The notes under the pieces were generated by a model, which saw nothing but the letters and a program-made list of their open reading frames with translations, ran no database searches and was not told where the DNA came from. This document shows, piece by piece, positions 13,446 to 27,964 of a stretch of 64,000 nt of DNA. How positions within the stretch are numbered: position 1 is the first letter of the stretch; every line of letters starts with the position of its first letter. A program made the position numbers and the translations under genes. Origin of the DNA: Octopus vulgaris (lineage: Eukaryota); assembly GCA_951406725.2 (NCBI GenBank), contig OX597820.1:47988001-48052000 (forward strand), written 5' to 3'.

Positions 13446-14227
13446 ACTCAATTTATGAAAGAGGTTGAAGACGGCGGCGAGTGATGGAAATGGTGGCGAT
13501 TGTCTGTATGTTTATAGCGGCAGAGAAACTTGCAAAAGAGGAGCGCCCTCAGCCACACGCCCTGCCAACCCCCAGCCCCATACACACCGTAACCCTCCAT
13601 CCTAACGATAACAAAGCAAAAGCTGAAAAGTTGATTAATTTCACAGATATGAAGTAATTTTGTTTTGTGTTTACAGAGATTCGCTTGATTTATAGTAAAT
13701 GGACTTCCATTGTGATTCATGGACGCCCCACATCACTACCTAGAGGCAACCAGTGCCACACATGCGAACACGCACACACAAACACACACACACACGCAGT
13801 CACACATACAAACACACTCACACACACACACAAACACACACACACGCACATACTAATACGCAAACAAAAAGATAGGCTTGTACATAATTTTACATGTATT
13901 TACTTCAATATATATTTGTGCTGTGTGCGTGCGTGTGTAAGCGCATGTATGCATATATATATAAATGTGTATGTGTGTGTGTGCGTGTGTGTTTTTGTGT
14001 ATACAATTATACATATATGTCTATATACGCACACATATATATTGATATATATCTATATTGGATTTTAATGTATGAATATGCACATATATATATATATTTG
14101 TTTATGTGTGTTGTATAAACATGTATACACACATACATACACACACACACATACACACACACACGCACACACATATATATGCATTTGAATGCATGCATAT
14201 ATGTATACATTTAAATGTATGCTGTGA

Positions 14228-14261
<34 letters not shown>

Positions 14262-14361
14262 TATATATATTTATACATATATATTCATACAAACACATAT
14301 TTATATATATTCAGATGCACAAACATTCATACTTACATACTTATTTAACCCCTCCCATATG

Positions 14362-14405
<44 letters not shown>

Positions 14406-14713
14406 CATGTATATGCATATATTCAATAATTCATACGTCAGCAACATGTACACATATATCATTACAACGATCATTGGCATACCTACGCAATCACACACAT
14501 AATTACTCTTGCACAGGCAACGACACACTATCACATACGAGTAAAAGTGTATACATGTGTATATATCTGTGCGTATTTCAATATGTATATCTCTTTCGCC
14601 TCCTCTCTCTCCCCCTATCTCTGTGTATATATATCATATATACATATGTGTACATATATTTGTATATTATAATTATATATCATATATGTATATATTTCTA
14701 TATGTATGTATCA

Positions 14714-14756
<43 letters not shown>

Positions 14757-15345
14757 TTATTGGATGTGTACATATATGGGCATAAATAAAACAGACAGAC
14801 GGTGTATAATTTTTTAAACCGGTATGTTTTAAGAAGATTATTCATTTTGTTTCATTCTCATTCATATGTACATTTGCATGTTGCTATGGAGGAATGGAGT
14901 ACATGCGCATGTGATTGTATTTATATGAACAGAGAAGCACGTGTCATATAAACGTGTGTGCATGCATGCACACACGCTCGCACATACATTCACACACACA
15001 CACACACGTACATGTAAACAGAGAGAGGGATTGATCGATCGATCTATTGATTGTTTGATGGATGGATTGATGAATTGATGGATGTCTGAACGGGGAAGTG
15101 TGAAGGAGAGACTGGTTGTAAGCTTTAGGTCAGTTCAGTTATAGTTGGGATATTTTTCAACTTCTAAAGGCTATTTCAGCGCAGATTACCGTAGTAAAAA
15201 AATCTAAGAAACATCATTGTCATTTTAAAGTACACTCTGGGGACTGATATATGCATTTATAACTAATTAACTATCTTCAATGTCAGATACCTATTGAAAC
15301 GACTCTGAGCTTACAAGAAAAGCTCTAGTTTCGCATTGAAGTCTG

Positions 15346-15387
<42 letters not shown>

Positions 15388-16174
15388 GTGTACATTTAAA
15401 TACAAGAGAAAACTGCCTTCAAGAAGTAGTCAAAACGACCAAAACCACATTTAAGAGCAATCTTCAAAAGGAATGAAAAATATAAACTTTTACCTTGTTA
15501 CTCTATTCCGGTCAGAGCTAGGTTTCTAAATTTTTTTAGCAAATAAAATAATTTGCTAGGCGACATTTTTTATCAGTGACCGCGCCATAACACTAAATTA
15601 TAATTAAGAGACGATTGATACGTATCTCTTCGTTTTGACTACTAAAATGACAGTATCTATAAAATAGTAGAAATATACTAACTTGTTCAACTGATGTTAT
15701 TTATGAGAAAAAAATAATTATTACAGTTAATTATTGCATAACGAAAGAGAACGGCAAGTTTCTTAATTCTTATCCGTCAACAATAGAGTGAGACCTGTTC
15801 ATTTACTCATAACATTCAAATTGTTTATTGTAATTTGTTTATTATAAAAGTTCATCGGATTTTGCAAGCACTCTGTATAGTCGGACACCCTCAAACACCT
15901 TAAGCAATAGAGCGTGGAGAATCACTGTACTGGAATTATTAGCCTGGATGCATTTAGCACGGAACCTAAGGAAATGCAGGACCCATGCAATTATTATCCT
16001 GTACGCATTTAAAACGAGACCCAAGGTATTATAGAACCATGCAATGTGTTATCGTGCCAACGTGGTCTATCCAGCACCTCTTTCCCCTCTCCTCCACGAG
16101 AGCCACTGCCTGGTACTGCAGGCAGTGGCTCTCGTGGTTTCTGATCTTAACTGATTGGAAATGTTATCATGTAC

Positions 16175-16584
16175 ATTGTTTTATAAAAGATGGGCTACAG
16201 CAAATATTCAGATTTGCTTGTTAGTTGTTTAACCTTAACCAGCTTAGCATGTGCTTTTGTGGCTGACTCTAAATGTATCTGTCATCACGAGCAGAAGTAG
16301 TAGGCGAACATATTGCCATGTGTTAAGAGGAATTCTTTGCAGTTTGAATAATTCGCCTCTGGAAACATGGGTGTTTCGTTCAACATCCTTAAACAACCCT
16401 TATTCAAGGACCTTTTGAGTTGGATGTGCTACTCGACCTGATCAAAATTCTGCGCTCCACCTGCAAGTTCATGCGCTGTTTATCTGGATATGAGATTACA
16501 AAGTCGCGTACATATGGTTGTAATGCATAAGCCTAGTATATCTTTATCAGACCGGTATTCATGATGGCTATACTGGGCTTCGTA

Positions 16585-16585
<1 letters not shown>
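16175..16585. repeat. Unclassified dispersed repeat (second copy at 61795-61985)
   Basis: Shared blocks CAAATATTC..CAGATTTGC..AGTTG..AGCATG..GAGCAG(A/G)AGTAGT..GTTTGAATAATT. Confidence 0.6.
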
Positions 16586-17035
<450 letters not shown>

Positions 17036-17607
17036 ACACACTTCCTGAATCACATCAATGTATATAGTTCTGATGTATATACACATACTTCTTTATGTGT
17101 GTATACACATTCAAAGTGGGTTACATCGTAATTATCGCTTAAATTATGATACATCATATGCACTTGTTAATGCCAATAGTATACATATATATGTCTGCGC
17201 ATTGAAGATCATTATTATTACTTCTTCCTTTTTTTTTGGTTTGCAAATCCTTTAAACTACCTAGAATGTTCTCTTTTCTCTGTGATTTTCGCGTATGAAA
17301 TATTTCGATATCTACCTACTTATGAAGAACCAATTTGGACTATCTTCCTGCTTTCTGCTTAATTGTTTTACATTTTTGCATAACATATTTACAAATGCTT
17401 TGATGTAAAAAATAACTACAGTCCTTCGTTTATTTTACCGTTATTTTCTTTAGCTCGGCCGGTGAATTTCCAATACCTAAGTCTTATTTATCTGGATTTC
17501 GTGGCCCATCATTTGATGTTGGATTTTAGGTACTCGATCTTGTCTGAACACTAGTCTGCTAGTCAGTCTGTATGTATTCTTCGCCGCAGTTTGACGAACT
17601 CTTATCC

Positions 17608-17665
<58 letters not shown>

Positions 17666-17695
17666 TGTATGTATGTATGTATGTATTTATGTATG

Positions 17696-17759
<64 letters not shown>

Positions 17760-18543
17760 TTGAAACGAATACGATTAATGGGATATACTGCTTATACATA
17801 ATTCTGCTTGTCTATTGATCAATGATTTTATATCGAAGACTTACAGAGTATAGCAACAAACAATCTATTGAAGTAAAACAAATATGAAATATGAAATATG
17901 AAATATTAAGAATATGACGTTTAGAATCACTTGTTTATAAAGATAATTTAAGAAAACGAAAATATTTTCACGTGCTTTCCTTCCTTAGAAAAGAAAAGGA
18001 TGAACCAATTCTCAAATTGCATATGATGTATCGATTTTAGTGATTCAACCATTTTAGTGACAGGCTTTCACATACTCAACGATGTTTGTAGCTATTAGTA
18101 TCCGCAGACGTTGGTTCTGTAAACAACACTGGTATACCACTTGTTCGTGACTAACTTGCCATTTCGATACATATACATAAACACATATGCAGAAAATCAC
18201 ACACTCAAAAATACATAGACAACGAACACATGAAAGATGGCTGATATTAAAGAAAAGGCTGTTGATGTAGAATTTATATGCCGTAAATATACCGGCGTGT
18301 AAGATCCACTCGCGCATAAGACACACCTGTATTTTACAAATTTCTATTGTAGAAAAACAAATTCAGTATAGTTCGTCATACATTTACTGAAAGGTATCTT
18401 AAAGTGGTTTTATTTGAAAAATACATGATTCTCTCCATGTTGTACTGTGACTAGCTATAGTATGAAATAATAAATTCGTCATAAATATGCTATTTTTGGG
18501 TCTATAGTATCTCAGAATTCTTTTCCTTGAGACCTACTCTATA

Positions 18544-18856
18544 CAGTCGTGGCCAAAAGTTTGGAACATTTGTTTAAAAATTAGAATTGTTATGCACGAG
18601 TACAATTTGATTTATATATAGCTTTGAGTATTTAATATAAAAATTTTAATATTCAGACCTGTTTCAAACTTTTGACCAAGTAATAATATACTCAAATTAA
18701 ATATAACTTAGAACATTTAATGTAAATATTCTAATATTCAGACCTATTTCAAATTTTTGACCAAGTAATAATATACTGCAAATTAAATATCACTTACGAC
18801 ATTTAATATAAAAATTCTAATATTCATACCTATGTTCCAAACTTTTGGCACGACTG
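18544..18856. mobile_element. Tc1-like MITE with internal ~85-bp tandem repeats
   Basis: TA|CAGTCGTGGCCAAAAGTTTGGAACAT ... ATGTTCCAAACTTTTGGCACGACTG|TA. Confidence 0.88.
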
Positions 18857-20202
18857 TAGTTGTTTATATTTTGGTAAAGAGAATTATGACACAGGTTGGA
18901 AAACCTAGTATTTCTAGCTGTGATGTTTTATGAAACCGCTATTGATCACTAGGGTGGCGCATCAACGCAAATAGCTGACAGGTTTGTGAAAATTTGTTTG
19001 CATTCTATTCATCTAACTATGATAATTTTTCATTTAGATAATTAAGAAATATTTCTTAACTGTAACACAGTCAGTAAATAATGTAAGATATAGATCACTT
19101 GCTGGCTATATACAGGACAAAGAAGTATAATGAGATGATGTAACATCCCCACATATCAGCTGATGAACTTTAAGCTGTTATTCCTAAGATTTTGGTAACA
19201 GACAGTGATAGTTTGGTAGGTTTTCACTATTTTTATCTTTAGTAACCTCTAATATACCTAGGAGACATATGATCATCCGGCTCACTAGCCGATGACACTC
19301 AGTCTCCCATTCGTAACACTTCTGCAATAGAAGCAGAGTAATGCTTTGATATTTCTAAAAATAAATGAAACGCGTCTTGTACATACGCCGGCAAATATGG
19401 TATCTAAATATGAAATGAAACAATAAAAAGAACTGAATTCCAAATTATTTCTACGTACTTGTTTAACTATCCTTTTCTGTGGTTCTGAATTGGTATGAAG
19501 GTAATTATCTAAATACTTCGCATTTAAGCAACATAATTAATTGAGTCTCTATTGTTAGAATAGATGTAATAATAGCACTATTGTTCTTTTATTAGAACTA
19601 TTGTTATCTTGCAGTAGACTGTCGACGTAAAGTCAGGGAAAAAGCCAGTATATAAATACAGAGTAAACGTGAAACAGCCACTTGCTTATAACATCTAATT
19701 TGGTTACGTCTTTAAATGTGCATGGTGGGAGTAAACACACTGGGTATGTGAGGTACGGTGGAAGCGGGAATGTATTTAAATTTCGCGGGTTCTTTTCCAG
19801 AGTTTTTTGTATAAAAGTCATGTGAGTTTAATATGACGAAAAAAGTGGGATTATAATCGGCAAAAAGGGGCATCATAATTTATGATGAAGCAGAATAGTG
19901 GAAGTAGATACATTAGCCTTCACGCAATCTTGTCGGCTGTTATGGGCTGATTTACATACTTTTATACCCACAACTTATTGGCATTTCGTAAAAGATTACT
20001 TTAACTTACAGAACTGTCCAAGAATTATGATTTAAAAACATAGTCCATTCACAATCATTACAGTTGTTTGGGACATTTTATCTAAGTGTACCTTATTGAG
20101 AGATTAGGAGACGATAAGGATTTCTAGTTAGCTGTGAGACTGCTTGTTGGATTCCTGATTAATGCACTGGTAGAATCAGCGTGCGATTCTTAAAGAATAT
20201 GC

Positions 20203-20420
20203 GTAGTGAAGATCTGACAGAACAGTTAGCACTCCGGACGAAATTGTTAAAGACATTTCGTCCGTCACTGAGTTCTGAATTCAAAGTTCCGCGAGGTTAA
20301 TTTTGACTTTTATCCTTTCAGTGCTTATATAAAAAGAACATCAGCTGAGCACTGGGGTCGATGTAAGAGACATACCCTCTGCCCCGAAAATGATGGCTTT
20401 GTCCCAAAATTTGAAAGCAA
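20203..20420 (+). mobile_element. SINE family C, diverged
   Basis: GTTAGCACTCCGGACGAAAT..CATTTCGTC..TTCTGAATTCAAA..ACTGGGGTCGATGTAA. Confidence 0.65.
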
Positions 20421-21126
20421 TATGAATAGGGAATTTCATGGTCCAAAATGGCTCCATGAGTACCCATAATGCTCATAGCTGAAGGTTCGGACGTCAAAGA
20501 ATACTACTATGTATAACCATACCCTGCTGTTTTATATTGAAATCGTATTCAATCATGTCATCACTCCATCTTTAAACTTCGTTGCCTACGACTCCTATTT
20601 CCGTCCATCCAACGCCGGAAGATATAGTTACAGAAATAATGTGACCAAAATATTGAAGCCCTCACAGTTGGCCATCCTCACCGACTTCCATTGCGCTCCC
20701 TTCTCTTTCCTTATTGAGTCATTTGTTCTACGGGCCAAACCGATCGGCAAGTGTCCTCTGTAGCATATCATCATGAACGATCTCAGTCGCTGAATATCGG
20801 CAACTCTTAAGGTTCAGTCTTTGTCCTCGTACAACACTACTGGTCAAATCAAGGTATTGACTGGTATCAAAATGTTTATATTAAATAGTAAAGTATACAT
20901 GTCACTAAAGGAGATCTCCAGCTGCCCTTCCCAAAATTTATTTGATATTTAATTTCTATACCTACTTTTATTACTCAAATTAATTGTTAATGTTTCTTCC
21001 ATTTAAGTTAATCAGAGACGATATGTCATTTGTATATTTCTCCGCAATTTCGTTCATACTAGTCGTGACACTCTTCCCCACATTTTCGCCTACACAAACG
21101 CACACAGACACACGCACACATACACT

Positions 21127-21159
<33 letters not shown>

Positions 21160-21169
21160 ACACACACAT

Positions 21170-21225
<56 letters not shown>

Positions 21226-21800
21226 ACAGACTCACACACATCTAAACACACGCGCACATATGTTTATGCTTGGATTTTAAAATATATATATATATACGTG
21301 CATGTGTGTACGTGTGTATGTGTGTGGTGTGCATGTGTGTGTGTGTGTGTCTGTCTGTATGTGTGCATAATTTATGTTTCCTGTTTACAAATTAAATGTT
21401 TATATTCGATAGGTCACCTGTTCGAAAGTAAGATTGCAAAATATCAAAAGAAAATTCTCATACTTATTTGAAAACATGGCAAAGCAGGAACATACAACTA
21501 TTAAGTTGCAAAACGTGACATACTTTATAAAAAAAAAGGTTAATGTAAACTAACAATTAATAAACATGCAAACTTAAGAACATGCAAACTAAACTAAATT
21601 AATAGATTGGGACATGCAAACTTAGTTAAAATTGACTGAATGCAAAATATGTTAGCGGTAAAAAAGAGAAAAATTTGAGTATAACCGAGGGAATAAGAAG
21701 GGAATAAGGAAAATAGTTTACTGGCATTCCTAATTGTCTGTGTGTTTGTACATACACACGCACACACATACACACACATGACTATGTGCATATATATATA

Positions 21801-22336
21801 ATAACAAAGGGTGAAATTAATTAATTAAGAAGTAATCAGTAATTTCACCAAGTAGAATTTGGTATGTATAAGACCAATTCATGGTAAGTTTAAGTAATAC
21901 TAAATAATTAGGGTTCAGCAACGATCTGCCTCACCACACACCGAATTTAGAAATAGCAGTCAAAAAGTCTTGGCTATTCCTTCTACTTTAAAGGGAGATC
22001 TCAGTAGAACCAAAGCACTCAAGAACAAACCACGCAAGTAAAAGAGAAAGAAATGACGAAAATCATTCTATATTAAGTTGCCTACGGACGCGCGTTTCGG
22101 AATTAAGCCGGTATAGAGCATAAAAAATAAATAATTATACCTTACCCGACTATTTTCCTCATCAGCGTAGGATTCTTCAATTATAAATAATTGCGTCTCA
22201 ATTATTAATTATTGTGTATTAAATTTGAAGGCACTAGAAAATATCATTTCACCTCACGGTATCACGGTTAATGACTGCTATTTCTAAATTCGGTGTGTGG
22301 TGAGGCAGATCGTTGCTGAACCCTAATTATTTAGTA
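21801..22336 (-). mobile_element. Short hammerhead-bearing element with 65-bp perfect inverted repeat, bounded by (TA)n
   Basis: 21898-21962 is the exact reverse complement of 22272-22336; canonical hammerhead inside; (TA)n on both sides. Confidence 0.75.
22081..22171 (-). ncRNA. Canonical type I hammerhead ribozyme
   Basis: CCUACG-CUGAUGA-GGAA...(extended stem II incl. AGUCGG/CCGGCU)...UUCC-GAAA-CGCGCG-UC-CGUAGG; complete core, 6-bp stem I, GUC triplet. Confidence 0.9.
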
Positions 22337-22357
22337 TATATATATATATATATATAA

Positions 22358-22764
22358 ACTCTTTTACTCTTTTACTTGTTTCAGTCATTTGACCGCGGCC
22401 ATGCGGGAGCACCGCCTTTAATCGAGCAACTCGACCCCGGGACTTATTCTTTTGTAAGCCCAGTACTTATTCTATCGGTCTCTTTTGCCGAACCGCTAAG
22501 TAACGGGGACGTAAACACACCAGCATCGGTTGTCAAGCAATGCTAGGGGGACAAACACAGACACAAACATACACGCACACACACATATATATATACATAT
22601 ATACGACGGGCTTCTTTCAGTTTCCGTCTACCAAATCCACTCACAAGGCATTGGTCGGCCCGGGGCTATAGCAGAAGACACTTTCCCAAGGTGCCACGCA
22701 GTGGGACTGAACCCGGAGCCATGTGGTTGGTTAGCAAGCTACTTACCACACAGCCACTCCTGCG

Positions 22765-22767
<3 letters not shown>
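22358..22767 (-). mobile_element. SINE family B, full-length young copy
   Basis: CpG-rich and complete from the AGGCGCAGGAGTGGCTGTGTGG head to the (GTAAAAGA) tail. Confidence 0.92.
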
Positions 22768-22818
<51 letters not shown>

Positions 22819-23994
22819 CATATGTTAATATATTGTTATACATTCTCAAACATAAATAAACACGTGTGTAATCTATGCCATTATGCTTATCACCTACTTT
22901 GGCATGAATAAATTTCAGAGATCTGAATAAATAACCTAGACTCTTCTGATGGGTTTCATCTAAGTGTGGGTTGTTTGTTTTATATAGTTTAAAACAATAT
23001 TAATAAAATTTGAAAGAAATTCATTGTCTCAATCTAGACATAGTATAATGACAGTTCTGTTCAGCTGTCTAGAAATATATATATATATACATATATATAT
23101 TTATATATGTAGTTGAACGTTTTGTGTTGATCCGAGCAACTGGTAGGATGAATGCAAGGCAGTGAACCAGCTATTCTGGAATCCATGAACCACGGCTGTC
23201 AACGAGTGAAATAAGATCAAGTGGAGTTAATGAATGTAGTGACCATTGTATAAAGGAGTAGAAAATAAACGTTTATTTAAACCCGTCAGTACCACGGTTT
23301 GAGTTTGAATAGGAAGCGTTTTTTTTTCTTTTGTGTCTTTAAGTGCACAAGTCCATAACGTGCAGAAACGTCATACATTGATAAATGGAAGAGGGAATAC
23401 CACTTTGAAGCGGGTGTCAATGGGTTGGCCTATCATACAGTGTAGCGTGTTTCGAATGTTTTCGCGAAAGTGATCGGCAAGACAACGATATGATTCACTA
23501 TATAATGCTGAAAGACGTGCAGTAGAGTTATTGGGTAATGTGTTACTGAGACATAGGTTTCGCAGGGATTGTAAGATTGCTGCTGCAGAGGCAGTTATTC
23601 CATCGGCTGCGAGTGCAATTAATACAAGTCTTATCGATCCAAACCAACACCAATCTTCTTAGTTTCGGTTTTCGCTAATCTGTGCTATGTATCTGTGAGA
23701 GGAAGAGACCACTTGTCTTTATTTAGACATTTCACTTGAAGAAGGAAAACTCCAATATAGCATAACAGATCTTCTTTGGAAGCAAATGCATACGTTGTTA
23801 AATGGTCGGGATTGTCCCTGTGCTAGGCATTTCCTCACTGCTGATCATTGAGAAGTGTTGTCGTATTTCTGACGCGAATTGGCTTCCACAACCTCTTGCG
23901 TATGTGTGTGAACTGCGATGTTATTCACACCAATTTGGGATATAAATGAAACGCAATCACACCCTGAATATTGATTCCTTAACCACTGTACTAA

Positions 23995-24260
23995 ATCTTT
24001 TATTCTCTTTATTCTTTCACATGTTTCAGTAATTTGACTTCGGGTATGCAGGAGCGCCACATTAAAAGGCTTTTTATTTGAAGAAAGTGACCCCAAGGAC
24101 TTATTCTTTGTAAACTATAGGTCTCTAATGCCCAGCCACTACGTTACGAGGATGTAAACACACCAACATCGGTTGTCAAGCGGTGGTGTGAGGGACACAC
24201 ACACACGACGGTCTTCTTGGAAAAAACTTACCTAAGGTGACACAGTGGGACTGAACTTAA
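23995..24260 (-). mobile_element. SINE family B, internally deleted
   Basis: GTTTCAGT..GGACTTATTCTTTGTAA..CACCAACATCGGTTGTCAAGCG..CAGTGGGACTGAAC. Confidence 0.75.
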
Positions 24261-24289
24261 TATTTCCTTCTTTATCATTTATTGAAATA

Positions 24290-24650
24290 AAAGCGACGGA
24301 GTGGCACACTGAAGAAAATGCTTCAAATAACGCAGAGGTCAAATTTACCTTTTATCATTTTGGGTCGATTAAATGAGTACCAGTTGATGTAATCAGTTTC
24401 ACCGCAATTCACATTTGCTGGGCTTGAACCAAAATAAGAAAGAATTATTTATTCAGAGGAAGACTTCGAGCTGAGAAAATCGTTAAGCACATTGGATAAA
24501 ATGTGTAACCACATCTGTACGTCCTGCGTTCAAATTTCGCCGAGATTGACAATACTTTTCATTCATTCAGCATCGATAAGCTAAGTACCAGTTGAGTAAA
24601 AGGGACAGTGTAACTGACACACTCACTCCCTTTAAAACTGCTAGTTTGAA
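24290..24650 (+). mobile_element. Two adjacent degenerate SINE family C copies
   Basis: GAGGTCAAATTTACCTTT..GGGTCGATTAAATGAGTACCAGTTG and GTTCAAATTTCGCCGAG..AAGTACCAGTTGAG. Confidence 0.55.
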
Positions 24651-25614
24651 GCCATTAATTATTCAGGTATCTCGTTGTATATTTATTGCATTATATGCGA
24701 TGATTTGGTCTATGACATGTTCTCAGTAAGATAATGGATTTGATATCAAGTGCTCACCTCCTCAGTAACTAAAAGCATGGTCAACACCATTATATGGCTT
24801 TGAGAATTATTGTGAAGCGTAATTTACTTGTTGATGTTATTGTTCGTATCTTCGCAGTTCCCACTGCGCAGGTAGTCTAAAATACGTGTCTTTTGTTTTC
24901 AAAGATCGTAAGGTGAACTTAAGGGAGCTTTGTGTGCTATTTTGAGCAAATAAAATAGATTTATGTAATCCAGATATAATATTTTTGTTATATTAAGTCT
25001 GGTTCTGACACAAATAGTCTATTCACATTTCAAAATTATTGATGCGCCTTCAACTTCATTTGTTCATATATAAATAGTTCTCATTTAATTATAATAAACC
25101 TATATTAAATATGATTCTTTGAAATACATCTAGCTCCCTATTGAACATTATTGTATAGTAACGGGTTCTATTCTTTCATACAGAGGTAGCTTTAATTTCA
25201 ATATCATTGTCGTGATATTATGTCTCATATCACCTTCGTAACATACCCCAGCTATTTCTATAATACTGCCTTTATAGAAGAGCAAGCATTATACAAATTT
25301 TCATTTTAAGATTTCTTGTCCAATTGTCTACTTTACATTACCACATTCTTAAAAGGTAGATAATTTCATAAAAGAAAACAATGTTACGAATATTGAAAAA
25401 TGAAAGATAAAACTAAGAAATAAATACGAATCGAATTGATATTGTACATTTTTTTAGAAATGCCATTCGAATGCTAAGCTGATGAAATCCAATGAAAATA
25501 TAAAACTTCTCATTTAATTTTAAAAATTAATACGAGAAAGAACTTTTGGCTTATGAAAATATGACTAAATACTTATATGGCTCTCTCATTAAGTAAGTAT
25601 TTTTGTTTCAACAG

Positions 25615-25708
25615 GCAATTTCAGATCAAGTCACTTGCTAGACAACTCCAAATGCATGACTGTTTTACCGATTTAATGCTGGAAAGAAGAAAACAGAAAG
25701 AAATATGA
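25615..25708 (+). CDS. Candidate terminal coding exon of an unidentified host gene
   Basis: Strong acceptor TTTTTGTTTCAACAG|G then 30 open non-repetitive codons QFQIKSLARQLQMHDCFTDLMLERRKQKEI*; homology not recognised. Confidence 0.3.
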
Positions 25709-25891
25709 AATAATTTCAACATGGTCCCTTCCCTTACAGAAAGAAGAGTAAAGAAGCCAAAGAAAACGAAAATGATGAAGATATAATTAAACACTTGAGT
25801 TGTTTTAATAAAATACATCCTGTTGAGTGAAGAAATGTTTGTGGCTCTGTGTGTGGGCGTATATGCATATATATGTGTATGTCTATATATA

Positions 25892-25932
<41 letters not shown>

Positions 25933-25989
25933 GTGTGTGTGTGCGTGCATGTGTGTATGTGCATGTGTGTATATGCGTGTGTGTGTGTG

Positions 25990-26096
<107 letters not shown>

Positions 26097-26322
26097 GCAT
26101 ATATATGTATGCACACACACACACACATATATACATAGATACTTATACACATGTTCATATGGTGATGCAGAGCTAAGTTTCACGATGCGTTGCCCCAGAT
26201 TATGAACCACAGGCATTACAAACACTGTAGTTGGTAGATAAACGTCTTGGTTGACACAAAGACCCGGGCTAATCTACACCTCCTTGATTCCTACCCTAGG
26301 TGTTAGTTGGCATATATATATG

Positions 26323-26358
<36 letters not shown>

Positions 26359-26761
26359 GAGGAGAAAGAGAAAGGAAGAGAGAGAGAGAGAATACAGATA
26401 CAAAAAAAAATTCACGAGATTCTTTATTCAAAACCAAAACATTTGCTTCGAATCATAAGTAAGATGCTGTGCAATCAATTGTCTGGACCCTCAGGTGTAG
26501 AATGCTTGGTTAAATATAAGTCATATAGCGATAAAATATAGATGGAGTCAAAATAAAAAAAAGAAAACAGATAAGACATACATGAAATTAAAATAAAGGT
26601 ATACATATATAAAGATATAAAATAAGTATTTCTAAAGGGTTTCTTTGGCAATAAATTTCCATTAGATCGATTATGGGGAAGAAAGAATTAGATTCACTAG
26701 GAAATAAATTTAGAAAGATGTGTGTGTGAGTATGTTTATATATATAAGTATGTATATAAAT

Positions 26762-26793
<32 letters not shown>

Positions 26794-26812
26794 ACAGACA
26801 CACACATATTAC

Positions 26813-26880
<68 letters not shown>

Positions 26881-26883
<3 letters not shown>

Positions 26884-27178
26884 AAATGGGACAAGAACGC
26901 AGCACTTTGAAATAGACAATACAAAAAACACGGACGAGTCATTCGAAGCCTCTAATCTTCAATCAAGAACCGGATCATCCTCGCAATTTCGGCTGATTAA
27001 TCTTGAGATTGCTCCAATCTGGCCAGAACCAAGGAAAATCTAAGCTACGAGCATTAGATTTCTTGGTAAAAGGATCGAACGTATACGAAACAAGGACAGA
27101 AAAACGAACGATGTTACACGTATATAAATGCAAAAAACAATAAATATTATGAATATAAATACAAAAAACAACAACAAC

Positions 27179-27215
<37 letters not shown>

Positions 27216-27232
27216 GGACATAACAACAGGCG
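26881..27232. mobile_element. ~350-bp structured insert between (TA)n tracts
   Basis: Sharp boundaries with TA microsatellite on both sides; internal hairpin 27028-27067 and an (AAC)(AAT)n tract. Confidence 0.5.
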
Positions 27233-27376
27233 TATGTATGTATGTATATATATATGTATATATGTATATTTATATATATATATATGTACATATACATATA
27301 TACATATATATATATATGATTATATATGTATATGTATATATACATATATGTATATATATATATACATATATATACA

Positions 27377-27428
<52 letters not shown>

Positions 27429-27511
27429 TATACTTACATATATATATATATATATAGATACATATATGTATACATATATTTATAAATATACATGTATATA
27501 TATATATATAA

Positions 27512-27591
<80 letters not shown>

Positions 27592-27857
27592 GAGAGAGAG
27601 AGAGAGAGAGAGTATGGGGTGTGGTGTACAGAAACTGAATATTGAGAAAAAGGTCGTCAGAATTTTGGAAAAAAAATCTTTTTATTTCCTTATTATTATT
27701 AGCGCTTTCATTCAATTCTCGAACTTGTCAACTAGAATTTTGTGAATGTACAAACAGCTTGTTTATATATATATAACAGATATTTTGTGTAAGTTTTGTT
27801 TAGAAGAGAAGAACATTGATTTTGTTTTGTTTTTTGAGTGAGGTTCCATGATAATGG

Positions 27858-27915
<58 letters not shown>

Positions 27916-27917
27916 AG

Positions 27918-27964
<47 letters not shown>

